A DNA stretch of 64,000 nt, from NCBI GenBank assembly GCA_001949185.1, contig BDGG01000016.1:765759-829758 (forward strand). The letters are read 5' to 3'. This DNA comes from Ramazzottius varieornatus (Eukaryota > Animalia > Tardigrada). The position numbers were made by a program, and so were the translations under genes. Positions 24,800 to 37,800 of this stretch are shown here, one piece after another; position 1 is the first letter of the stretch; every line of letters starts with the position of its first letter. The notes under the pieces are model-generated. The model had not been told where the DNA came from, did not search any database, and was given only the letters and a program-made list of their open reading frames with translations.

Positions 24800-26048
24800 T
24801 CAGAACTGTTCGTAGCTTGATCGATATTTTGAGTATTGACACGTTAGGATCAACCTGAAAGCTTTCCGAAAAGCCGGTAATCTCAAAGAATAAATCACAG
24901 GATTGAGACAGGAATGAAGGAACAGAATGAGGACTCCGACCGCCCCCGCGAACTGCAAGTCAATGTTTTTGTCAAGATAAGCGGCCCACGTTGAGTATTC
25001 TCGATAAGATACCGATTGCACAATACTAACAACAGCGAACGGCATAAAGCAGAAAAATGTCGAGAGAGATACGGCTACGAAGGTCCTCAGCGGCTTGTAA
25101 TTATGGACGTTGATATGGAGGAAGTACGCGTACTGTAGGGAATCCCGGTGAGTGGTTTTTCTAGCGAGCCGGTATATCACAAAGTAGATGGAGCACAAGC
25201 CAACGGTGACCAAAAACATGAGAAGTACCATTACGTAAAGGTACACCGGAGACCAAACCTAAAAATCGACAGATTAGAAACTGGAAAACAAGTAAGGTTG
25301 TCATCTCAAGTGGCGCGCGTTCTGATTGTCATGGACAAGAATTGTGCGCCACTTGAATCTCAATCTTGTACGTTTCGTTTGCCGGCCTCCCACATACAAG
25401 TTGAATGTTTGATAACCTGGAAGTGGTTCTTACCATTGCCATTTCGCAAACAGATGTTCCGTTCTCGCCTTTCCCATTAGCGTCTTCATTATACTCGTGC
25501 ACCCCAAGGAACGGTAACATGGCGAAGAAGACAGCGAAGGCCCAGACAAAAGATGCTATAGCATGTATCTTCGTCGGATCTATCCACGCGTTGTACCGAT
25601 AGGGAAACTTCAACGACAGCAGAATATGTCCGGCTAGGCATGTAAGGATAATGTGGGAAGCTGCCAAGCTGGCGACCGCACTGGCGTACCTCGCCAGGCA
25701 CATCCACGGTGCGTCACCGAAACTCTGGAAGCTTTCCGGGTTCGCGAAGGTGTAAATGTGGAAAGGTAGTGAGAGACCGAGGAGAAGATCGGCGAAAGCT
25801 AGGTGGAGGAGCCAGTGGTGCGGAAGTTTGGTCCGTATGGCGGGAAATAGGAAGAAGGAAGCGACGATCATGCCGTTCCCGAAACATATGGCGACGCAAA
25901 GAGCGAGCTCGATCCACATGTACATAAGGCTGATGGCCTCTACGTAGAATAATGTCGAGTTCCCATCTGTGGAGCTTTCGCTAAGGAAAGGGGGTACAGT
26001 AGTGTTGGAATTCGGCGATCTTGCGGAAAACGATTTATCCCAGTCCAT
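24800..26048 (-). CDS. Class A (rhodopsin-like) GPCR, adenosine-receptor-like (~357 aa, 2 coding exons)
   Basis: N-glycosylated N-terminus, GN (TM1), LAFAD (TM2), W (TM4), CFMPF (TM6), NPVIY (TM7). Intron 25259-25433. Confidence 0.88.
25285..25390. repeat. Palindromic N25 element (GPCR intron)
   Basis: Core 25308-25354. Confidence 0.88.
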
Positions 26049-26681
26049 GTTCCAGGAGGAAATTCTTTGCAGGAAATTCCAGCCAACAATGCAATAATTG
26101 GATAAAATTAATTTACCCACCTGAGCTGATTTTGATATATTGCGACAATGTGCGGATATCAATAGGTGAGTCTTCAGAGTTCAGAGTAAGATACACTACT
26201 TCTGGCTTACGGCATTACACATCGAAAGTGATATCCGCGATTACATAGCACTCTTTATCACGATAAATCATTATCCGTGTAAAAGGTCGCTGATTAGCGA
26301 CACTTACGTTTGGAGGAATAATTGATTCAGAGAAAATATTTATCGCTGGATTCAGCGGGAACCGAGTTAAACTAATTTGCGTTAGCACCATAGCAAGCTA
26401 ACGATGATCATGTCAATAACAGATTGGAAGTCCAATACTAAATCCTGATTGACGACCATCCGGCATTTTGGTTTTTTTGTCCATCCTCTTTAGCGCTTCT
26501 TCCTTAACAAGAAGGGTGCCAGGGAACACACGCCATAGGACGAGTCCCTTCGGCGAACCGGCGTATGAGGCCGTAGTCGTAAGATTTCAGCGCTTTCCTT
26601 GTTGTTCGGATCAAAACCTAGTAGACATACAAAACGATTGTGAGGGTGGAGGTTACTTGAAAATGCATGACTATTTGAGAC

Positions 26682-26773
26682 GTTGGCGAATGAATTCACC
26701 CAGATTGTTTTTTCAAGTGGCGGACCTTCCCAGCCAACAACATAGGAAATGTGCGCCACTTGGTCTGGGTGAA
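26682..26773. repeat. Palindromic N25 element (upstream of GPCR CDS)
   Basis: Core 26715-26761. Confidence 0.88.
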
Positions 26774-27222
26774 ATATTGAATCGAATGAATGAGCATTTT
26801 GAGACCAGGCGAGCATCGTCATCGCATCAATGCTCGTATGATCTCATGATACTCCTCCATTCTGCGACAGAAATGCAGGCAGAACGTTGTCCACCAGCGG
26901 AAACCGAACAGAGAGGACTCGCGCCAGAAAGAGAGATTCGAACTTTCTTCTCTTTGCTTACGGAAAGCCTTGCCCACGCGAACTAGAATTCTAATCAAGC
27001 GCTCAGCTACAGTCCAGGTGAATTTTGCTATTTTCTCCGTCGCTTCAGTTCAAGTTCGGACACAAGCACGGTGCAATACTACATTTTCATTAACTTTCGT
27101 GAATTTTATACATCGAAAACGCGTTCAATATCAATGCTGATATCTTATGTTGAATTTTCAGTAAGCAGTACACGGAACAGAAACGAACGAATACAAGTGA
27201 GAGACAATACAGGTAAGACGGA

Positions 27223-30200
27223 CTATTCGGGAACTTTTACAGCGTCTGCCACCATCGGCAGGATTTCCGCAGTCTTTTTCCTGTAGTTCCGGATATTCTT
27301 CGAAACCTTTGTCCATTCTTCTCCATGTCTCGGTTCGGCCTCCGCGCACTTCTTCAGCACATCGCGTTGTTCCTCTTCCGCGCCATACTGCTGTTCGAAC
27401 TTGTACAGGTAGGCCCAAATGTCTCCCAGGTCGGGATCCAGCCTGACCGCTCGCATGAACCATTCTCGGGCCTTGGCGATCTTCCGCTCGGTCCAGAAGA
27501 GCTTCGAGACGGCGAGAAGGACGTGTGGATCGTGCTCGCACTTCTTCAGCGCGTCCACGCTCTTGGTCTTTCTTGCCGCCCTCTCAACCATGAAGATGGC
27601 TTCCGCCCACAGAATACCCGAATCGGGAATCTCTTGCAAGGCTTTTGACATCAAAACTTCAGCACTGTTCTTATTACCTGACCTAAACAGCGAACCCTAA
27701 TTTTGTTGAGTTTCATATTATTCAGAGCAAATGGCAACTCGGCAAACAAAGTCGACCAGATCGTTTTCCGATATGCCGCACAGTTTTGGTGTTATTAGCT
27801 GGACGTGCGCGCCACTTAGTAAGACAATCTCGTCGAGTCTGTCTGCTGCTTCAAGTGGCGCACATAATCAGTGCAAGTGACTGAAACTGTGCACCAGTGA
27901 GAAAAGTGATCTTGTCGAGTTTCTTCGCTGATTTATCGGATCGTATTTTTTAAATTTTCATACCTGAGTTCCAGGCGGACAGCTTCCAACCAAATTTCCG
28001 CCTTCTTCGGATTCTTCATCCTTGCGCCCTCCAAAATGGCTCGGGCTCTCGTGGGGTTCTTCGCTTTCTCTTCCAGTCTTGAGGACAGAAGCCACAGCGG
28101 TGCAGAGTCTGGACATTTACGGGTGGCTTCGCCGTAGGCTTCCCTGGCTTCCTGCCGCTTGTCCATCAGCTCCAACAACTGACCTCTCATCATCCACAGT
28201 TTGGCATCTTGAGGGTACGAAGCCAGGCCATCCTTCACGATCTCCAATGCCCGTGGAAGGTCGTTCAGTGCCCATTCCAGCTTGGCCGACTTCATCATGA
28301 CACGAGCAGTGGGCGCACTCGTTCGAGCCTTTTGCAGCAACAACCTGTTGAACAGACAGACTTGTAAATCAGAATTTAATGTTTCTAGTTTGGAATTATT
28401 CCTGACTTATGGAAGCGGATTTTACCTGGCTCGTTGATCTTCAGAGTTCTCGCTCTCCAGCTTGACAGCAGCCAACCAGATTTCTTCGCTGTTGGGGTTG
28501 GCTTGGAAAGCTTTGGAGAGAACCGATCGAGAGCCAGCGATGTCGCCAGCCATCCACTTGGACTTGGCCAGCATCAGCCACAGCGTCTCGACTCTCGGAC
28601 AGTTCGCCACAGCTTGCTCCAGTGTCGACTCGAAAGCTTCGCGGCTTCCGTGATTCTTTTCCAGCATGGCGGACTTGTTCCACAGACTCTTCTTGTTCGG
28701 GAAAACCTGCAAGAAATACCGACCGAATCAATTACATCAATTAAAAGAAAACGGAAGACAAACGAAACACAGACAAACAAACTCAACACAATCTGTCATC
28801 CCAAGCGACGCACGTTATTATCGTGATTGACTGGAACCATGCGCCTCTTAGAGAGACAATCTTGTCGAGTTTGTTTGCCGAGCTCCCAAAATCTCAGAAT
28901 TCTTTTCACGCGGATTTCCTACCTGTAGAGCATGAGCGTAAACAGCTCGCGCACATTCGTATGCTCCACTGGCGATGAATGTATCCGCGTCTTCGATCCA
29001 GGCATGCTTCCGGTCCTCGACTTCGATGCCCTGTTCGATGATCTGGTGGACGATTGCCTGACAAGTTATCGTCGCTCCAGACTTCTCCACTTCCACCGCG
29101 TCTTTCAGCCACAGTTCCCTGTTGATTTCCACGCCTTTCCTGGTCAACGCCGTCAGCGACAGCGCGATGATCTTACTGACTCGTTTCAGATGGTCTTGAC
29201 TGCTTGCCATCAACTTCAAGGCTTCTTCTTCCCGGCCTTGTGCCATCAGTTCCGCAGCTTGCGCTTCTTCTAGCTTTCCCTGTGTTTCTTCAAGCTTTGC
29301 ACCTGTGAAGAAAAACGAAAATCAGAATCACGGCTCATAAATTACTGCAGAGAATGCATGTGGATCAGCAACATGCAACGTCGGCAGGCCATAAGGCGCA
29401 CTTAACCCATGCCGACAGTCAGCCTACAGTACAACAGCCCACCCTGATGGCCTGCCATAATAACACATGAGTTCTGAGCTCGGCCTGTAGTTTACCTGCA
29501 ATGAAGATCTGCCTGTCCGTAGGTATGCTTTGCGTGGCTTTGTTGATGACAATCTTGGCGTTCTGGTACGTCTCCAGTCTCGCCAAGGCCAACCATAGCT
29601 CCGTGCTGGCTGGACAGCATTCCACGGCTCGCGAAAGAAGGATGCGAGCGTCGTCAGGGTCCTCCATCTCGACCGCTTCCTTCCACAGTCGGACAGAGTT
29701 CGGAATGCGTTCGAGTGCTCGACGGTAGACGTTGCGCTTCTTCTTCGGGTCGACTTCCAGGTCGGCAGCCTTTCCCCATATTCTAACGGATGAGGGAAGC
29801 TCGATGGAAGCCTGGGCAATTACGCTCTTGGCTAGTTCCGGAGGTTGCAGACGTGTGGCTTCCAACCAGATGTCCTCGCTCTTTGGACAAGCTTCGCAAC
29901 CTTTTTGGATGATATTCCTGCAATATAAAAACAACAGGTTAGATTCCAGCCATCGTGATGCTCAAAGGAAGGAAGAAACCAGCAAGCTGGACGAAACTGA
30001 CACAAAACTGAACTCAGCAAACACTGCAAAACAATCTCACAACACTGTTTTCCCAAGTGGCGCACGTTCCCGAAGCTACTAGATGACTGCGTGCGCCACT
30101 TAGTGAAAGAGATCAGGTCGAGCGAAATTTTTGCAACACGCTAAGAGGAGGAGCCATTCAGCGCACAATGCACAGCCCACAGAATTTAACATGGAAGATG

Positions 30201-31310
30201 CATCAGCCTGCAAGAAGCACCATGGCGCATGTAGCGTCCAATCGGTAAATCGGACCATTTTAGGTATGCTTACCTTGCTGCCTGAACTTTTCCCGTGACT
30301 TCCTCCAAACGCGCTGAGGCGATCCAAGCTGGCGGATGTCCAGGGTTCGTTTCTCTCACCGACTTCAGCAGCAACCTAGCCTTCTTGATGTCTTGAATAT
30401 CGCCTCCAACGGTCGGGATCATGGACTGAAGATCAGTGAGGTATCCTTTCGGGTCGACGACGGTCTGTCCGCTGACGCTGTCCGACACTTGACTCAATCT
30501 CATACCCATCAGCGTATTCCTAGCTTCTCCCACTTTCCTCAGATCTAGATCTGGTGTAGCCAGACCACCCATGGGTGTCTCCATTCCTCCATACTTTTGT
30601 TCACGAGCGTCGAGGGCCGGAGCCAGTTCTGTGGCACCAGCAGCACGGGCCAGGACGTTGTCTGGCACAGGAGTGAATTTTTCATAACGAGGTAAACGTT
30701 TACTGCGGTTACGAGCGTCGCCTACCTCGGGTATGGCTTTCCACTCATCGTCACCCACATCGGCTAGGCCTCGCTTGAGATCAGAGAACTGCTGCTGAAT
30801 CTTAGGTCGTTCTTGACGGTATTTCTCCAAGACTTTCTTTGAACGCTCTTCTCGATACTCGCGACGCTTCTCGTCGAGACGATTATCCACGGCGTTGTAA
30901 ATCGCATCCGCTACGAATAAAATATCCGTCATTTCGCTGTAAGGTTCGACAACGTAAACAGCCTTACCTTCAGCGTCGTCCTTGTCGTAAGGATCTTTTG
31001 AAAACAAGCTCCCACCATAGCCAGTAAACTCGTCATAGTTGGCTTCGTTAAGATCCTCCTCTTCGTCCCTTTCTGGTGCTCCACCTCCACTTACACCTCC
31101 TTCTTCGTCCTCTTTCTTCTTTTTCATAGGATGGGCATGACGGTCATCGGTAATGTCGGTGTCGTCGCGAGCGGGACCAATGTCGGAACGTGTGGTGAAG
31201 CCAGTGGCACCACGACCAACACCAGCCACATAGCCAGGTGGAGCAGGCAGGCTGAAAAAGCTTTTCTGCTTCTTGCTGGCCAGGAACTGGGCACTTGGTA
31301 CTGTCGTCAT
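27223..31310 (-). CDS. PRPF6: Pre-mRNA processing factor 6 (U5-102K, HAT repeats), multi-exon
   Basis: [56 protein letters not shown] repeats, EPRHGEEW C-terminus. Confidence 0.97.
27733..27931. repeat. Palindromic N25 element, tandem dimer (PRPF6 intron)
   Basis: Cores 27771-27817 and 27853-27899. Confidence 0.9.
28770..28887. repeat. Palindromic N25 element (PRPF6 intron)
   Basis: Core 28803-28849; right arm ATCTTGTCGAGTTTGTTTGCCGAGCTCCC. Confidence 0.9.
30011..30122. repeat. Palindromic N25 element (PRPF6 intron)
   Basis: Perfect core 30055-30101 AAGTGGCGCAC-N25-GTGCGCCACTT. Confidence 0.92.
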
Positions 31311-31832
31311 CTTCCCTGTTTCCGATGGTGCCTTGGAGCCTTCAAAAAATGGTTCAACGAGCTGATCGAGGGGAAAAACCTTATGAACGGTTTGAGCAAC
31401 AAAAAACTCCGAAGAAGAATTTTATTCTGCAATGTGATAAACCGCAGACAGCAAGAGAACATGAAGCACACGGCGTGCTAGTTACGTTTTCACAACGCGA
31501 TTTGTCAAGTGCGGCAGGCCGGTTGGTGGGTTTTACACGCATAAGAAGGAAGGTCGAAGGGCGGATCGCAATCTCCGTATTCAAAAATTGTGAAATTGGA
31601 CATTTTGGAAAGTTTTGTTTTAAAGACGCGTCAGCTCTGAGATTCTCCCGTTGCTTTTGCGGTCTAACGGCTACTTGGCCACAAAGTTTATGTGTGTGTA
31701 CCGCTTCTGTTCGCTAGGGCTGCTGGATAACTGGACTGTGCAGTGAAGACAGGGCTCGGCTCCGGGGATTTGGGAGAGATCGTTAGCGCTGACATCGCTG
31801 CTACACAGGGATCATCTGCGGTGCGCTGTGCG
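31311..31832. promoter_or_regulatory. Putative bidirectional promoter between PRPF6 and AQR
   Basis: Head-to-head start codons 522 bp apart. Confidence 0.6.
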
Positions 31833-34800
31833 ATGGCGACGCGAAGAGGGGTACGACGATTCCAAGCTTCATATTCAACAATGGAACAGATTAATTCCGA
31901 AGGCATCACCAAGCTGGCTCTGGACAACTGGGCTACCAATCATGATGGACAGAACGCGAAAAAGCCGTTCAACTTGGGCATTGTCAGGGATATCTACGCT
32001 GATATCGTTGCTGGAAGGTATGCATCTTCTCCAAGCCCAGCATATGTCGGCGCGTGAGCCTGTATTACATCTCTAACGGAACACGTAATCGCTGTGCGGT
32101 TCTAGGTTCTCCAGTCGACGATTGATCCTGCTGGACTACAGTCAGTATCTGGAGCAGTACCTATGGCCGAATTTCAATGTGGAAACTTCACAGTTCACCG
32201 AGTTGGCTATGAGTGTCGTTGCGTTGGTCAACGTGAAGAAACGGGAACGTGTACCGGTCTGGGACGTAAGTATGCACCTCGGGAGATCATCCCATGCGGG
32301 AGACGTGTTTTATAGTTGGAAGCTCGGCAAACGGACTCGAAAAGATTGTTTTCCTAAGTGGCGCGTGTTTTCCGTGTATCTGGCCGATAGCGTGCGCCAC
32401 TTGGCAGTACGAATGTTGCCTAAGCCCGAATTGTTTAAGCTCGATTTATTTTAGGCTTTTAAAGAAAAGCCGGAGTTTTTCCCATTGTTCTTCAAATCGG
32501 TCATGGACCTTTGCTTGAGCTCGTCCGAACCACCGGGAGAGGAAAACGCACAACATAGGACAGTATCCTTAGTGGAGCAATGTCAGCTTCTGCTGTTTCT
32601 CTCGCATTCCGTGAACAGTTTGGTTGGTCCAGTTTTTCATCATTTAGTAATTTCGTTCAACTAGATATCCGATAATTTCTGTTTTCTCCATTCTCCATTG
32701 TAGGAAGAAGATTTGATACGAGAGCAAGCACAGCGGATTTTCGGCCTGCCTGTTTGGCTTTCGCTTTCCCCCAAGCGTTTGGAAGTGGAAATCAAGAAAG
32801 TTCCGAACTTGAAAAAGCTTTGGGATAAACTGCTGAAGAAAGAACAACAGAAAGACGAAGCCGCGAAGAAGGCTGAGAACTTCTACAGGTTCTTCATGCG
32901 AAGCCTCATGGAGAAGTTCCAGTCTGCCCTGTACTCCGTACCCAAAGACGGTAAGCTACAGTATTAAGTTCGTCGTGATGTGTCCGGCTATCATTTTCGT
33001 GATGCTGTAACTGGGAACTCCGCAAACAAACTCGAAGAGATCGTTCTCATCAGTGGCGCATGTTTGTTTGCTTAGTAATTGAAGTTGGCTGAAAGCGTGC
33101 GCCACTTGAAGAAACAGTCTCATCGGGTTTGTTCGTCTTGGTCCCGATTTAAGGTTTCAACTCGGGAGATTATTTTCTGATTTTGATTCTGGTTCTAACA
33201 TCTATTTGTTTCATCTAGGTCCGCTAGCGCCGGATTTGCAGAGTTACTGCGAGCATTTCCTGACGTTGATGATCGACTGTCAATCAGCGTTGAATACCCG
33301 TCGGTTCTTCCATGCTGTGCTGGACGACGCCCATGCCTTGGTTAAATGTCGCTTATCCCCGTTGTTCGGTCGTCCAGAAGGTCGAGTGTTTTCTCAGCTG
33401 GTAGAAGCTCTGGAGTTTTACTCCAGCTACGAGATCACGTTGACCGGAAACGACATGACCGAGCAGGAACGAAGCACCGACCACTACAACCGCATGACAG
33501 CTCTCCAGAGGATTATCTACAGCTCCTTCCCCGACCAAGAATGGAGCAAGAAGTTCGCTACGTCGGCTGTGTTCAAGCTGGATTCTCGAGAAGCTCTTCA
33601 AACATTCTTCACTGGAATGAAGTAAGCCGGAAGTTCAGCTTTCGAAATGTTTGACATTATTTTAGTTGTTTAGCCTGGATAATGCCTTTTTGTTTACATT
33701 GCAGCATGGACCAGCTGCGGCAGATCGCGGACCGTATCGGTGTTCTGGGTAGTTCAAACATCGCTGTGAACGCTGCTGACAGTGATGGTCTGTCCAAAGC
33801 AATCCTCTGTGAGGTTCTGGTAGAGTATCATGAGAAGAGAATCTCCATGTTGGAACGAGTGAACGACATGCCAATCTACCCTACGGAGGACATGATCTGG
33901 GATGAGGCCCTCGTGCCTGAGGACATTGGAAACACCGCCGGTATGTTTGTATCGTTACTTTCTTGATCTTGGACTTTACTTCAAGCCATCGATTTCTATC
34001 GTATTATTACAGAGACAATGCCATTACCGAAGCTCCATCTCCAGTTTCTCTCACTGCACGACTACCTGCTGAGGAACTTCCAGCTCTTCCGGTTGGAGTC
34101 AGCCTATGAAATTCGGACAGATATTGAAGACGTCGTAGCAAGAATGAAGCCGTGGTAAGGCGTTAATACGATGATATTTCCAAATGTAGGCTTTCAGAAA
34201 ATTTGACTCAAAAGCCGTTTGGTAGCTGGAAAGGAAGAAACGTCTTTTGTTCTGTTCATAGGAAAAATGATCACGGTGGTGTGGTCTTTGGTGGATGGGC
34301 GCGCATGGCTCTTCCCGTCAACCACTTCGAGATCTGGGACGTCGGCAAGCCACATGTTGGTTGCAAGCAGCCGTCGCGAGTTCGTGCTAAAGTGACCATC
34401 ACACTCAACGTGCGGGACAACATCAAGAGCGAGTGGGAGCGTAAGTCGTCATTCCTGCTCTAGTTAGTTTTTCTGACTCGTATACTGAGTTTGTCTTGCA
34501 GACTTGCGGAAGCACGATGTGTGTTTCCTGATCACCGTTAAGCCAACTCGTACGTATGGTACTCCGCTGGATCACCAAGACCACTTCATCAACCAGACCG
34601 GACTGACTTACGTACGTGGCTGTGAGATCGAAGGCATGCTGGACGACAGAGGAAACCTCATCGACGAACGTAAGTGGGGAAGTGTAAACCCGCCTAAGGG
34701 AAAATTTCTCAATGACGAGATTGAACAAAGTTGTTGTTGTTTTGTGTTTTAGTGACTAATGAGAGACCGCAACTCCATGGCGAGACAAGAACCTTCCGCG

Positions 34801-37800
34801 TGTGGATGGACCCCAACCAATACTACCTTGACGCTGGAAACCACGCAAACGCACCGACCGAGGTAGGACTCGCTTTTCGTTACATACGAAACACCGTACA
34901 AAAATGTCAGAATGGCAGCGATGACGCACTTGATGATACAGAAAAACATGAAGTAATACCAGCTTATGTATCAGCATCGAAAATCCAAAATATTCGGCTC
35001 GAGACACTGATCTGCTTTGCCACACCGAATTTTCTCAATACTTTGCAGAATATTTACAAGTCCTTCAACATAATTATGCGTCGACGTCCCGAAGAGAACA
35101 ACTTCAAGGCGGTGCTGGAGACTATCCGCAACCTGATCAACTCGGAATGGATGGTTCCCGACTGGCTCCACGACGTCCTTCTCGGCTACGGCGACCCAGA
35201 GTCCGCCCACTGGACGCGCATGCCCAACAAGCTGCCCAGCCTGGACTTCAACGACACTTTCCTCAGCGTCGAGCACGTCAAGGCGTGCTTTCTGGACCAG
35301 CCACTCGAATTTCACACTCCCAAGAACCTTCCCATGGAACCACCGTTCCGCCTGACTTTCCCTGTGGACAGCAAGGACGGTGGGACCAAGAGAACGGCGG
35401 AAGGGGAGGTGGTGACGGCGGTACCGAAGACGCTGGTAGTGGAACCGTACGAACCCAGAAGAAATAGCCCATATGGGGTGGAGAAGGCTAAGAAGAACGC
35501 GGTACCCTTCACACCCACACAGCTGGAAGCCATCATTTCCGGTACGTGCAATCAGCATTATGGGATGTCGGCACATGAAATCACCAAGATCGTGTTCTCA
35601 AGTTGCGCACGCTCTTAGTTAGTGACAATGAAAATGTGCGTCACTCGAGAGAACGATTCGGGTGATATTTGTTCAGTATGACTCTATCTGCCTTTTTGCT
35701 GCCATAACTGAGAAGGTCGTGCTCGGTACGAACTTGATAGGTATTACCGTAGAAAACCGGCATTACCGACAGATTTTTTGGTGCTTGAAATATCTTCGCA
35801 CTAGCCAGAGTTATGAGTTGCTGATGTTTTCACCTCTTTTTCTTTTGCAGGTATGCAGCCCGGCTTGACACTGGTGGTAGGTCCGCCAGGTACCGGTAAG
35901 ACCGATGTGGCCGTCCAGATCATCTCGAACATCTACCACAACTTCCCGGAACAGCGAACGCTGATCGTGACCCATTCGAATCAGGCATTGAACCAGCTCT
36001 TCGAAAAGATCATGCATCTGGACATTGACGAAAGGCATCTGCTGCGTCTGGGTCACGGTGAGGAAGCTCTAGAGACCACCAAGGACTTCAGCCGTTATGG
36101 ACGAGTCAACTATGTCTTGTCGAAACGGCTGGAACTACTGAGCGAAGTCAGCAGATTGCAGACGTGCCTGAGGGTTCCGGGGGATGTAGGATACACGTGC
36201 GAAACTGCTGGACATTTCTACCTGTACCAAGTAAGTTTCGTCATTCAAATAGGCTTGAGCGTCATAACGTGGGAAAACGAGATCGGACAAGTGAAGCATG
36301 TACTTGCATACTCATTTCTATCAGTAAAAGCACGAGATTGGGCAGTCAGGTGGTGAGTCGGGCTGTGATGTTAGGTTTTCATGTAAGTACCTGCATACAG
36401 TATTTGCGCGTCGTACTAGCGTCTAGCCAGGGTCTGGTCTAGCTGTACGTTGAACGTATGTATGTGTGTGAACGTGGGTATTTCGCGCACCAACCTACTT
36501 GCATTTATTTGATGCATAAACTGGTGTATGCAGGTGCGTGAGAGTCTGGATACAGTTGTGCTTGGCAGTCTTAGTTTTCAAAGTTGTGACGGGGACTGGT
36601 TTTAGGTCTTGAAACGGTGGCAAGATTACAAAGCATCCGTGAAGCGGCTGTCGTCTTCGCCCACTTCACCCGAAGAAATCCTCCGTGACGCACAAGTTGT
36701 CCGAGACTTCCACGCGAGCATGGCCAGTTTCTTCCCGGAAGCTCCGCAGCCCATCTTCGACGAGGGTCAAGGATCTCTCGAAAAGAACCTCAACACTGCC
36801 GAGCTGTGCTTCCGTTACATCGACAACATCTTCACTCAGCTGGAAGAGTTCCGGCCTTTCGAACTGCTACGAAGCGGTCTGGACAGAACGAGGTACCTGT
36901 TGACGAAAGAAGCCAAGATCATCGCGATGACCTGTACACACGCTGGGATGAAACGACAAGAACTGGTGGAACTTGGCTTCAAGGTAAGATTGAGAAAATT
37001 AAACTGGCATCGTGACAGTATTCTAGGCAAATTTCACAAGTCGGCTTTTCAAAGTGACGCATTATTCTGTTGTAGTCGATAACACTAAGAGCGTAGGCCA
37101 CTTGGGAAGAGAAGCGAACACGGCAAGGTCGTTTTCCAAGTGGCGGACGCTCTCGGTTACTAACACTGACAAAGTGCGCCACTCTGGAAATCAATCTTGT
37201 CCAGTCGTCTTGCCGAGCTGCCAAATTTCATTGTGCGAATTTCTTGATTGTAGTATGACAATGTGTTGATGGAAGAAGCCGCGCAGATTCTCGAAGTGGA
37301 GACCTTTATTCCTCTCCTTCTCCAAAAGCCAGAGCATGGAGTGAACAGATTGAAGCGGTGGATCATGATTGGCGATCACAACCAACTACCTCCGATCGTC
37401 CAAAACAAGGTCTTTGAGAAGTACTGTAACATGGAGCAGTCCTTGTTCACCCGCTTCGTCCGGCTGGGCATGCCGACGGTCGACTTGGACGCACAAGGTC
37501 GTATGAGACCCAGGTACGTCTGTCTTTCCGAATATTCCACTGTCCACTGTACCACAACCTGCACTTTGATGTCGACTGGTCGTTCGATTGCAGCCTGTGT
37601 CAGCTGTTCAGTTGGAGGTACAAACGTCTCGGCAACCTTCCGCACACCTACCGGATGCCGGCATTCCTCACCGCCAACGCGGGCTTCGCTTACGATTACC
37701 AGCTGATCAACGTCGAAGACTTCAACGGTATTGGGGAATCGGAACCGAGCGCCCATTTCGTTCAGGTGAGAAATAAGGAGCAAGTCGATGCCATAAAAAC

